64,000 nucleotides of DNA from Barthelona sp. PCE (lineage: Eukaryota). The notes under the pieces are model-generated. The model ran no database searches and was not told the DNA's origin. It saw only the letters and a program-made list of their open reading frames with translations. Shown in pieces: positions 37,345-47,192 of this stretch (position 1 is the stretch's first letter; every line of letters begins with the position of its first letter). The position numbers were made by a program, and so were the translations under genes. Where the stretch lies: positions 248,001 to 312,000 of the forward strand of contig JAUFOR010000005.1 in the NCBI GenBank assembly GCA_040285745.1. Direction: 5' to 3'.

Positions 37345-38910
37345 TCAATGCAATGTATACCATACCATAGTGACAAGAAACGCTACGTATAAGATAGGAC
37401 TAATATAGGCAAGGCCTTTTGATGTTCTGAATTTGTTTAAACTCATTATTATTGTCAGAGAAAGTAATGCAATGAACAAAAATACCATTGTTATGACGGT
37501 TGGTACACTTAAAGTAAAAGATACTGGGTTATTGAACGCCACAGGTGTTATAAAAACGAAAAGTCCTGCGAGGAGGTTAACTAAGGGATTTAAAAGACAA
37601 GAAGATAAAGCGGTTAGGATACCATTTGAACTCCGTGCGATTGCCATGTCAGCAACAAGATCAGCCACGCCGTTGGCCGGGGACAGTACCATTACACCCA
37701 TTATATCGCCATCAATGTGGAAGACCACGCCTAATGCCTGAAGAACGGAAACAATCTCGTTGGCAAGAAGATCACTCGCCATGACACTGAATACGATATT
37801 GAGCACCCGGATGAACGCATAGAATACTTGCGAGGGATGTGAGTGGAAATAGTGAAATGCAAATCCTGAACATAAAGTAAAAAAACTACAGATCGCTACT
37901 ATGGGAATATGAACATTAAAAAGAGAAAAATATATGTCTGTATTTAATAAATCAAGGTAAAAAAAAACAAAAAAAAGCAATAGAGTTGGTTCGAAAAAAG
38001 CTATAACTGAAGATATTTTGGATCCTTCTTTCTCTTTCTTTTTCGGATTATATAGTGCCTCGTCTGGACAAAACAGAAGAGGAATGTCAGACAAAAATGT
38101 CAGAAACCTAATTAAAAAACTTTGGTTGGTTTCTTCATTCAAATCAATCTCAACCTTTACCGAGTTAGTTGATATTAAGCGTTCTTTTGCTCGATCTGGC
38201 CGACTGTCCTTCCTTGTGTATGTGTATGTGAAATAAACTATGATTGAATATAGGATTAATGAAATCAAAGCCTGCCAGAAATGAAGTGTTCCACTAACCA
38301 ACACCCACGTTACCCAGACAGAGGCAATGAAAAGACTGAATACATCACGTAAGAAGTCCTTTTTTGGGTATATTACGTTGCTTTTCACGAGAGAAATTGC
38401 AGCAATAATTATTGAAATGCAAAAAATCGTTGATCCTAAGATTTCTCCAACAGCCAAGTCTGCATTAGCGTTATTACTGCTTCTAAACGTAGAAAACAGA
38501 TCCGCGGATCCGTTGCTAAATGCTACGATTGTTAAAGATGCAAGAGAAGGTGATATATTTAGCAAATTGGAAAAGAATAGCAAAGCAGGTGCTAGGACTT
38601 TGTCCGCTACAATACTCAGCCATGTGAACATGAAAAACATAAGTATACCAATGAAAATAAAGAAAACAGCAGGGTGATAACCACTGCAAAAGCGTAATTT
38701 AAGCAGGTTTACGTGTCCTCCAAAATTTGAGCATTTGGAGTTCACATATCCACAAGAATCATCTGCTTTTCCGGGGTCTGTGCATGATTCTTTTTCCAAA
38801 GCATCACCCAAATGAGAGGAAATAATCTTCTGATTCTCTACTCTTGGGAGCATTGTTGCGATGGTTAAAAGACAAACAACCACCAACAAAGCAGTATGAG
38901 CCGTTTTCAT
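37345..38910 (-). CDS. Cation/Ca2+ exchanger, CCX/NCLX family, copy 1
   Basis: alpha-1 LTIVAFSNGSADLFS, GEILGS, alpha-2 GVMVLSPANGVADLVAD; Cys-rich luminal N-terminus. The signal peptide fits ATG 38910; the ORF extends to ATG 39003. Confidence 0.9.
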   Translation of the reverse strand: MKTAHTALLVVVCLLTIATMLPRVENQKIISSHLGDALEKESCTDPGKADDSCGYVNSKCSNFGGHVNLLKLRFCSGYHPAVFFIFIGILMFFMFTWLSIVADKVLAPALLFFSNLLNISPSLASLTIVAFSNGSADLFSTFRSSNNANADLAVGEILGSTIFCISIIIAAISLVKSNVIYPKKDFLRDVFSLFIASVWVTWVLVSGTLHFWQALISLILYSIIVYFTYTYTRKDSRPDRAKERLISTNSVKVEIDLNEETNQSFLIRFLTFLSDIPLLFCPDEALYNPKKKEKEGSKISSVIAFFEPTLLLFFVFFYLDLLNTDIYFSLFNVHIPIVAICSFFTLCSGFAFHYFHSHPSQVFYAFIRVLNIVFSVMASDLLANEIVSVLQALGVVFHIDGDIMGVMVLSPANGVADLVADMAIARSSNGILTALSSCLLNPLVNLLAGLFVFITPVAFNNPVSFTLSVPTVITMVFLFIALLSLTIIMSLNKFRTSKGLAYISPILYVAFLVTMVWYTLH

Positions 38911-39018
38911 TACGATTAATGTTTTTGAGCTCTGGAAAAATGTGAGAATTTCAAATGCAGATTGTCCGGTGAGATATGAGTAATCAACACTATAAACATC
39001 CATAAAAGCATACTAAAC

Positions 39019-40629
39019 CTATTTATTTAATGTAAATATTAACATAGTCACACAGAATAAAATATATGTTCCAACGCTGGTTAGGGCAACAATCTTTGAC
39101 GTTCTACATGAATTAACCAACATTCCAACAAGCCATATGGCAAGGATAACCACAAGAAACACCAAAGAGATGATCAAGGAAGTATTTAACTGGAAGTGAA
39201 CTGGATAGTTTAGCGGAACAAGACTGACGCTCAATCCCAGTAATCCGTTTACCAACGGTGACAGCAAGGTGGCACTGAGGGCAATTAGGGCACCACCTGG
39301 GCGCATCGCAATTGCCAGGTCACCGACGAGATCACCAATTGAGTTAGCTGGGGATAAACACATGATACCCATTACACTGGATTCCACATTAAGGATAATA
39401 CCCAACCCCTGCAGCACATTGACGACTTCTCCGGCAAGTAGGTCACTCGCCATGATTGCGAACAGAAGATTAATGATCCGGATAACAACGTAGAAAGCAT
39501 TGTGAGGGTAGACATAGAAAGCGACGAACAACGGGCCTACTATCACCCCGATGAGCACTGCGCACGTGATGTAGCTGATCTCCATGTCGATAAATGTGAC
39601 ATACACGACATTATCCACGAGGTCTAAATAGAAGACAGAAAACAGCAGGAAAAGCAGCGGCTCAATGAATACAAACAGACATATCCAGGAAAACTCATTC
39701 TCTCTGTTCTTCTTCGGGTTAAACCTCTTGTGGTCAGGACAGAAAAGTAGCAGAATGAATGATATTGATGAAAGTAGAAACCCAACAACACCAGTTGTCT
39801 CTTCTTCTTCATCGGACGATGCCTCAAAGTTAAGATCAATTCCGCTCGGGTTGGCACTCTTCAACAGTGTCTCCTCGATGTCTCTTTTCTTTCTCTGGGG
39901 ATCACGCGTTTGAATATACGTGTAAGCGATGATGACACAGTACAAACCAAAGGACATTGCCGACTCCCACATCTTGAGCTCTCCATCAAGTAAAACAATG
40001 GACATCCAAACAAGTGCGACACAATAGCTTAAGAAATCCCTTAAAAAGTCCTTTTTTGGCCAATAAATTGGTTTCACGAGGGTGATCGCCGCTAGAACCA
40101 TGGATACAATGAATATTGCTGAACCCAACATATCGCTGACTGCGAGAGAAAAATCGCCATTAACTGAAGAACGGTACATTGAAAACAGATCAGGAGCCCC
40201 GTTGGCCCATGCCACGAAGGAAAGACTGACAAGTGATGGGGACATGTGTAATAGCCTTGCAATATACTGCAATGTAGGTGCGAGTACTCTATCTGCAACG
40301 AATCCCAATGCAAAAAATAGGGTAAACAGTACCAATATAGCTATGATAAAGAAAATAGGTGTGAAATAAAATCCAAAATCACAGTAACGCCATTCTAGGA
40401 GGGGTACATATCCTGTTTGAATGTTTGAACAGTTATGTCTGATGAAATCACATGGGTCTGGAGCATTCCCTGGATCAAAACAGGTAGCATCATCAGAATC
40501 ACCATCAGAATCACCCAATAATTTTGCAGGGTGAGAGCTCATTGCAGGTGGAACAAAAACAGCAGCCAAAAGAAGTACCAGCAGTACAGATGTTGCAAAA
40601 GTTGCACTCTTAAGCGCATAAGTGCTCAT
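39019..40629 (-). CDS. Cation/Ca2+ exchanger, CCX/NCLX family, copy 2
   Basis: alpha-1 LSFVAWANGAPDLFS, alpha-2 GIMCLSPANSIGDLVGD; shares PKKDFLRD and LLFCPD...NPKK with copy 1. Confidence 0.92.
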   Translation of the reverse strand: MSTYALKSATFATSVLLVLLLAAVFVPPAMSSHPAKLLGDSDGDSDDATCFDPGNAPDPCDFIRHNCSNIQTGYVPLLEWRYCDFGFYFTPIFFIIAILVLFTLFFALGFVADRVLAPTLQYIARLLHMSPSLVSLSFVAWANGAPDLFSMYRSSVNGDFSLAVSDMLGSAIFIVSMVLAAITLVKPIYWPKKDFLRDFLSYCVALVWMSIVLLDGELKMWESAMSFGLYCVIIAYTYIQTRDPQRKKRDIEETLLKSANPSGIDLNFEASSDEEEETTGVVGFLLSSISFILLLFCPDHKRFNPKKNRENEFSWICLFVFIEPLLFLLFSVFYLDLVDNVVYVTFIDMEISYITCAVLIGVIVGPLFVAFYVYPHNAFYVVIRIINLLFAIMASDLLAGEVVNVLQGLGIILNVESSVMGIMCLSPANSIGDLVGDLAIAMRPGGALIALSATLLSPLVNGLLGLSVSLVPLNYPVHFQLNTSLIISLVFLVVILAIWLVGMLVNSCRTSKIVALTSVGTYILFCVTMLIFTLNK

Positions 40630-40789
40630 CCGTATATTTAAAATAAGTAATAAAGAGGAAGACAGTGATACTAGAATGTTTTATTACACTGTAGCTGGTA
40701 AACTACGACAAAAGCAACGATTGAAGGCTTTAAATACCTATATCGTTTGTTACAGTTTTGTTCACCTTTTCCAGCATTGTAGGCTAATT

Positions 40790-43567
40790 ATGAGGGCTGC
40801 AGCAACCGAAGAAACAGAAGAATCCACGGGTACCACGGAAACTATGCAAGAACAGATGACAAAAGGGCAAGAGACTCAAGAAGTTGTGGAAAATGTGTTA
40901 GAAAGCGAAAAGAGCAACAGAAAACCTGAAATAGAGATCGTAAACGATCCTAAGATTCGCTTCCAGGTCCGCTTGGAGGATATAACACTCACAAATTGTG
41001 ATGGTATTGATAACCCCGTTTTAGTCTTTTATTTGGGCGGAAATTTTCATATGGAGGACCAACGTCATCTAGGAGTGACAGAGAATGGAGGAATTACCGT
41101 AACAGGCGAACGAGGCGAGAGAGTTTGCACGGGGCGATCAGGAAGTGATATTACTACAACCAGCACAGCAAATTGGGATAAAGTTTTCCGCGGCGTATGG
41201 GAGGGCACATCCACAGAGTTACGTGAGCAATTCTTACACATAGAGCTATATAACGTAAGTCTCTGTCATCCTTTTGTCCGCTGTTGCAATACACCCATCT
41301 CGGAGGCAAAGATACCTCTGCTGAGTATCGCATCGGGCGATATCAGAGTTACTACGGATTTGTTTAGGGAAACATTCCTTGGCAGACGAGCAAAATGTGC
41401 TGACTTGGATATGATGGTTTATTTTGAAGAGCACTATCGATATACTTTAGAAATCAACAATTTCAAGATTAAATCTCACAAGAAGCTCAGTTTTGGGTCG
41501 GCATCATTGAAGTTTCGTTTTGACAGATCGTTCAGACGTCTCTTTAGTGGAGGTATGACTGGTCGGTCGGCATCATTGCGCAGTAGTGGGCTCAAAGGTT
41601 ACGACTCACTGCTGTTCGAGCAGAGCACGCCATCCATCATGACTTTTGTGGGTACGCGGTCGGAATTGGAAAGTGCCGTTTTACACATTGATATTGACTG
41701 TTCGCTACCAATTGATACAGTCACAATACCTTTCATTGGAATCCTTGACAAAGGTCGCATCCATACCAAGTGTATTGGTGCAAGCGGTGATATTCTTTCG
41801 CTTTCAGGCGCTTTTATTGCCCAGTCCGTGCCATCATTCACACAGATCGGGTTTGTCCCAAAGGTTATACCTGAAAACTGTTATTTGTGCATCATTCCGA
41901 CAGAGGGCCGCAACCTCATTGCACGAGACGCTAACGGTATGTCAGACCCGTTTGTTATGGCAACGCTGTGGGACGGTCAGTTGAGAAGATCGAGGGTTGT
42001 GAAGCGTACGATCAACCCCGTCTTTCCACGCTCAACTTTTGTATTTCCACTGATGACGCACCCAGACAAGAGTCTTAGTTTCGAAGCAAATCTCATTGAG
42101 GATGATCATAAGAACAGAAGGCCTATTTCAGTCATGCTGTTCGACGAGGACGAAGGCGGTGCCGATTACTTGGGGTCTACAACTGTTGATTTGTGGGACC
42201 TCATCAAGGAAGAGAACTACCAAGAGATTGACTTCAAAGAGGAAGGTATTCACTTTGTTAATGATAGCGGACCGCAGAAGATGCTTGGATTCTCCAAACT
42301 CTTCACTAGGGATCTGCTCGAGGTTCCCTTTGGGCGCAAACGTGAACAAGGCGGGCAGGTGTTTTTCAAGATACTCATGTTCGGCGGAGATTTCACCCAA
42401 GGATTGAAGGATATAGCTGAGCAGGAGTATGTCGTTGAGGACATACACTACGCACTGGACAAGGAAATGAGGGGGAATGTCGAGCCACATCAAGAGGCAT
42501 GCGCCAAGGCAAACTTTGATGTACAATCGCTGTTCATGGCCGATGAGACCGGTATGGAATGGTTCCTTCCCTTGTTTATCACCCCAATCGCGCCCCCATT
42601 CTTGATAAGAGAGCAGCAGATGTTGGCAAGACTCGTTAGCGCAATTCCGTGGAAGGAGGACGACGATCTGTTCGCCTTGAGCGTAGCCAATCGCTCTGTA
42701 TGTATGACTACTGCAATGACGCTTGCGATGCGAGCCGGAGACGACCAGGAACGAAGTGTATTACTCGCTTCCTTCTTTATTGGTGCCGGTTACAATGCGT
42801 GGGTTGCAATATGTCGCACACATACAGACAAAGAACGATGGTTTGTTATTGCTGAAGGTCAGTCGTTCGACCACCATGAGGACATCCTTCTCTTCGAGGG
42901 ATCGACTGGCCTTCGCTATTCGCTGCGGAACGACCCGGAAGACATACCTATACGAACTGTCCAGGCTCTGTTTAGCGACACTGAGTGCTACCTCAACACT
43001 ACGCCGTTCTCACAGCCTTATGATCTTGAATGGCCACCTTCCAACGACAGTGTACTTTGGCATCGCATACACTTCCCAGCAAGGGATAGTCCATTCGTGG
43101 TTCCGTCTCTTGAACCTAAACGTGGGCTGGGTTGGTGTGCTTTGAAAGAGTACGAGATCACAGTTGAGTGCGAGAGTGCCATCCGTCAGCGAAGAACAAT
43201 CATCGGTAAGAAGACCCCTTCGCTTAAAAACATTGATATGAAGAAGTATATGCGTGAACTTCTCGAACTGTACGAGATACGCAGCCAGTGTGGATTCTTG
43301 GATGACAGTCGTATCGAGAAGAAGAAGTTTGCCATTCATAAGACTGTTCCTGAAAACTATGTTTTGTCATTTAAGATCATGTCGTTCAGAGGATTCTCAC
43401 CCAAGCAGATCATGCTTGAGATATTCACTAGAGAAAAGCCGCAAGAAAGAGAAAGTAACTACCTGTTTGCAGTGGTACCGTATGTCGTACCATTATATGG
43501 AAACTTTATGTCTGTTTGGGTAGGTTACATCGAAATGAGACCGATGACCGCGGAAGATTTAGATTAA
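40790..43567 (+). CDS. Multi-C2-domain protein with a CEP76/CC2D2A-type transglutaminase-like C-terminal domain
   Basis: C2: EGRNLIARDANGMSDPFV...LFDEDEGGADYLG. CEP76/CC2D2A-like: ARLVSAIPW, GDDQERSVLLASFF, LFEGSTG, VQALFSDTECYLN. The likely start is ATG 40790. Confidence 0.75.
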   Translation: MRAAATEETEESTGTTETMQEQMTKGQETQEVVENVLESEKSNRKPEIEIVNDPKIRFQVRLEDITLTNCDGIDNPVLVFYLGGNFHMEDQRHLGVTENGGITVTGERGERVCTGRSGSDITTTSTANWDKVFRGVWEGTSTELREQFLHIELYNVSLCHPFVRCCNTPISEAKIPLLSIASGDIRVTTDLFRETFLGRRAKCADLDMMVYFEEHYRYTLEINNFKIKSHKKLSFGSASLKFRFDRSFRRLFSGGMTGRSASLRSSGLKGYDSLLFEQSTPSIMTFVGTRSELESAVLHIDIDCSLPIDTVTIPFIGILDKGRIHTKCIGASGDILSLSGAFIAQSVPSFTQIGFVPKVIPENCYLCIIPTEGRNLIARDANGMSDPFVMATLWDGQLRRSRVVKRTINPVFPRSTFVFPLMTHPDKSLSFEANLIEDDHKNRRPISVMLFDEDEGGADYLGSTTVDLWDLIKEENYQEIDFKEEGIHFVNDSGPQKMLGFSKLFTRDLLEVPFGRKREQGGQVFFKILMFGGDFTQGLKDIAEQEYVVEDIHYALDKEMRGNVEPHQEACAKANFDVQSLFMADETGMEWFLPLFITPIAPPFLIREQQMLARLVSAIPWKEDDDLFALSVANRSVCMTTAMTLAMRAGDDQERSVLLASFFIGAGYNAWVAICRTHTDKERWFVIAEGQSFDHHEDILLFEGSTGLRYSLRNDPEDIPIRTVQALFSDTECYLNTTPFSQPYDLEWPPSNDSVLWHRIHFPARDSPFVVPSLEPKRGLGWCALKEYEITVECESAIRQRRTIIGKKTPSLKNIDMKKYMRELLELYEIRSQCGFLDDSRIEKKKFAIHKTVPENYVLSFKIMSFRGFSPKQIMLEIFTREKPQERESNYLFAVVPYVVPLYGNFMSVWVGYIEMRPMTAEDLD

Positions 43568-43622
43568 TTTGTCCACTTGTGTTGTAAATACGAAGTCAAT
43601 TTTTTAACCTCTTTCAAGTGAT

Positions 43623-44720
43623 ATGCAATCTTTGAAATTAGTCTTAGATTCGTGGGAATGGGAAGAGCTGCGTAAAACTGATGAAGCGCAGTTTGAAGAA
43701 TTACAGAGATTCTTGATTGAAGCTATTGAAGAACATGATACTCTATCGTTCGCATACGAGAAGTTAGAGGAGCAAGTGGTTACCCTGCGCTCATCAGCCA
43801 CGTCAACTGAAGAGTTGCAAGCTGCTTTAGCAGAGAATACTCAGTTAAAGTCCGAATTAGGAACTGAGAAGAAGAAGAACGAAAAACTTGTATTTGCAAA
43901 CAGCACTCTCGAACGTACTGTTGATAAATTAAAGCGTGACGCAGAGGAGAAACGCAACCAACTTGAAAGTGAGGTTGAGCGCCTTAGAAGTCAGAAGAAC
44001 GTTGTTGAACTCACAATATTTGACGATTTTTCGCAGAAACTGAGCGATATTGAGTTACGTTTACAGAGTTTTTCGGGTGTTGATGGTCTTGATACGTTAA
44101 CAATTGAAGTACACAATTTGTATGATGTGTTGATGACAGTTGCTGACGAACTAGAGCGTCTAATGAACGAAAAGCACATTGACACTAGAAGAATTAATGA
44201 CTTAATGACAGAAACACGTGAGTTGAAAAAGTCTCTAAACATTTCTGATAAGAGTTATAAAAGTATCTCAGATGAAGTCACTGTGCACAGGAGAACAGTT
44301 CTGGAACTCGAATCTCGTGTTGAGGATCTAGAAAAAGAGAAGAAAAACTATGAAACAGTATTGGAATCTTTTCAAAACATGACACCAATGGTGACTGAAG
44401 GTGATGAGACCATACAGAGTAGTCCTAGAAAGAGAAGGGGACCTAAAAAGAACAGAAATGGCAGGATATTCAGCAATTATAGACAGTCTGACTCAGCATC
44501 AGATGAAAAAATTTTGGCTTCAGTCGAACGCATTATGAGTATCATGAAGGATAATGGTATTGAGATAAGTTACAAACAAATGGAAAATAACACGTATTCT
44601 ATTGAGAACCATGAAGTACATTTATTTTGGGGAAAGAATGAAAAACCAATGGTTATGAGTACTCTTGGCAAGAGTGAGAGTCTTTCGCATTGGCTTAAAC
44701 GACACAATTTGTTCGATTAA
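43623..44720 (+). CDS. Coiled-coil protein with a possible degenerate C-terminal GAR (GAS2) domain
   Basis: Heptad-rich 250 aa, then YKQMENNTYSI...PMVMSTLGKSESLSHWLKRH, loosely like GAR VMVRVGGGWxxLxxFL. Confidence 0.7.
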   Translation: MQSLKLVLDSWEWEELRKTDEAQFEELQRFLIEAIEEHDTLSFAYEKLEEQVVTLRSSATSTEELQAALAENTQLKSELGTEKKKNEKLVFANSTLERTVDKLKRDAEEKRNQLESEVERLRSQKNVVELTIFDDFSQKLSDIELRLQSFSGVDGLDTLTIEVHNLYDVLMTVADELERLMNEKHIDTRRINDLMTETRELKKSLNISDKSYKSISDEVTVHRRTVLELESRVEDLEKEKKNYETVLESFQNMTPMVTEGDETIQSSPRKRRGPKKNRNGRIFSNYRQSDSASDEKILASVERIMSIMKDNGIEISYKQMENNTYSIENHEVHLFWGKNEKPMVMSTLGKSESLSHWLKRHNLFD

Positions 44721-44747
44721 CACGACAGCATGTAAATAATTGTGATG

Positions 44748-47120
44748 TTACAGTGTTTTTGACTCATGGAATAGATTAAATTCAACATTATCACAGATCA
44801 TATGCTCCGGCTGACGTGTCAGGTTTGCTTTGCTTCTTCTGTCGATGAATAGACCACCTGTGTTAGATTTTGTGATACTGTTGTTCTGTAGCATGGGCTC
44901 GGCTCCATTTATGACCGCAACGTTGACATCCTTATTATCACTGATGCTACAGTTCAACAACTCGCCATAGGACTTATCAAATAGGACTCCGTAACGGTTA
45001 TTATTCGTAATCATACAATCTTGCAGCGTTGTTTGAGCTCTTTCAGTTAATACAACCGCAGCCTCCTCGTGCTGTGTGAAGGCACATGCAACAAACCTAC
45101 CACACGCTCCATGTTTCGCAATGAGGCCATTTACGCCACTGTAAATTGCGCAACCAACAAAATACGGGTTTGATGTGTCGACCAGAGATACATTGAGAAC
45201 GTTGTTTGCAATTTCACAATCCTCAAAGCGGGAATCGCTTCCCTCCTCACACTGTACACCGGCGTTCTTTCCGTCGATGATGTGACAGTCAGCAAAGTTG
45301 ATCAGCGTGTTATCTGTTAGGAACAGGTTGTGACGTTCGGACTTGGTGAAGTTACATTGCTTTACGTTTCCTGTCGTGTGGTTGAATGAAATATTGTGGT
45401 TTGTGCTCTCAGATACCGTGCAGCTGCGCATCTCAATTTTCGAAGCATCACTTGCAATTCCCACAGAACATCTTTCGACTGTGCAAGAGTCTAGATCCAG
45501 CGTTGTGTCATCGGCTACATGAATGCCCTTGCCACAACTCTCAATGGCAGAAGATCCAATGCAGACACGTGATTCCATTGCGAAAACTCCCGTGCTTGTG
45601 TATCCGCTGATGGCGCTGTTGGATAGATTCAGACTGGTGAGTTGTATGCTGAAGGCACGACAGTCATAGCTTGCGATGGTGGGAATTGTGGAAAAAGTGC
45701 AGTCGCTTACCTCGCATGGTATGAGCTTCTTATGATATCCATGTGTGTTTACGGACCCTTCATCGGGGAACACGGCCAGTGCAACTTCCTTAGCGTTGGT
45801 GAACCGTGATTTGGATACTATTAGATCATCGTTTGACACAAGCTGTTGGGCACCTCCAGTGAACTCACAATCGTTGACAGCGCATGGAGAGTCGCTCATC
45901 TGGACGAGAGAGACATTCTTATCAGTTTGGGAAACAAATTTCGACTCGTCCAGCTGCACGTCCTTTATATCTGACAGCTGCATGACCAGCTCGTCTTCGC
46001 TCTCGAACATGGATCCGTTCGACACGAAGCGCGGTGCATTGATAATGTGAACGGTTGGGCTTTCCGCAGATGCCAGTGCGCAATGCGATATCTCAACGAT
46101 CGTGCCTCCGTTACTGAGAATGCACGGGGATTTGAGAGTTGTGAGTGTCGAATCTTTGATCAAAATGGGCTCTTTGCCCCTCTGGAAGTGGAAAATAGGT
46201 CCATCATTAATCTTTGTGATTTTGCATCTCTCACATGAAAAAATGCTGTTTTCTATGAGAACAGTTTCTTCATTGCTCTTACACTCTATCTGACAGTCCA
46301 CCAGCGATCCAACACCGTTATCGATGTAGAACGCGGTGCGGAATGATCCGAAGAAGTTGCTCTTGATGATGTCCACGGTGGACACGGATTGACTACTGAC
46401 ACATGTTGCGTCGCTCTCAATGTCGCACTCGTTCACTTTCACAACACTTTCTTTTAGTGATAGAACACCCCATTCTTCACCTTTCATACGACACCTCTTG
46501 GCAACAAGTTTTGACTCGCTCGTTGCAATAGCCCATTTTCCTGTGATCTCTGTGTTCTCAAGAGTAAGCTGAGACTGCTTAACGACAGAAATACCCTTCT
46601 TTTCAGCAAGGATAATTGAATTTTTCAAAACCATTGCGCTGTCAATGAATAGAGCACCAATACCAGGTGTCTTTATCACCGCATTATCAATCATACCGCC
46701 TGTGTTCTCCAAAACAAGAGCAGTCGTTGACCCGCCAAAGAAAGCGCAATCCAAGCAGGTGAGTGTACTGACATCCTTGAATAAAACACTAACATCCATG
46801 GATTCTGTGAATAAACTTGTGGAACCATCGAACTTACAGTTGCAAAGCTTCACCTTTTGCTGTCCAGTAAAGGAAACTGACCCCTCAAAAATACAATTTG
46901 AAATTTTTGTTTGCTCTCCGCTGAAAGTGAGCTCTCCGCATAGGATATGCGGCATCTCGGACGGTTCAGTCGTAGTGGATGTGATATGTATATTGTTCCT
47001 GATATGAAGTGTGGTATTTAAAGTGCTGTATGTAGTACCTTCCTCCAATTGAATATGTATGGTGCCACTTTCATCGGGCTTTGTGATTAAACTCCGTAGA
47101 TCGACCACTTTTTCTGTCAT
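44748..47120 (-). CDS. Right-handed parallel beta-helix (pectin lyase-like) repeat protein
   Basis: About 22-23-aa repeats such as FEDCEIANN, LQDCMITNNNRYGV, LLNCSISDN throughout; no signal peptide. Confidence 0.85.
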   Translation of the reverse strand: MTEKVVDLRSLITKPDESGTIHIQLEEGTTYSTLNTTLHIRNNIHITSTTTEPSEMPHILCGELTFSGEQTKISNCIFEGSVSFTGQQKVKLCNCKFDGSTSLFTESMDVSVLFKDVSTLTCLDCAFFGGSTTALVLENTGGMIDNAVIKTPGIGALFIDSAMVLKNSIILAEKKGISVVKQSQLTLENTEITGKWAIATSESKLVAKRCRMKGEEWGVLSLKESVVKVNECDIESDATCVSSQSVSTVDIIKSNFFGSFRTAFYIDNGVGSLVDCQIECKSNEETVLIENSIFSCERCKITKINDGPIFHFQRGKEPILIKDSTLTTLKSPCILSNGGTIVEISHCALASAESPTVHIINAPRFVSNGSMFESEDELVMQLSDIKDVQLDESKFVSQTDKNVSLVQMSDSPCAVNDCEFTGGAQQLVSNDDLIVSKSRFTNAKEVALAVFPDEGSVNTHGYHKKLIPCEVSDCTFSTIPTIASYDCRAFSIQLTSLNLSNSAISGYTSTGVFAMESRVCIGSSAIESCGKGIHVADDTTLDLDSCTVERCSVGIASDASKIEMRSCTVSESTNHNISFNHTTGNVKQCNFTKSERHNLFLTDNTLINFADCHIIDGKNAGVQCEEGSDSRFEDCEIANNVLNVSLVDTSNPYFVGCAIYSGVNGLIAKHGACGRFVACAFTQHEEAAVVLTERAQTTLQDCMITNNNRYGVLFDKSYGELLNCSISDNKDVNVAVINGAEPMLQNNSITKSNTGGLFIDRRSKANLTRQPEHMICDNVEFNLFHESKTL

Positions 47121-47192
47121 TGGTTGATATGGCTAGAATATTGTATAACACTTTTCAACCCTTTCCGTATGGTAATTTAAGTTTGATATACC

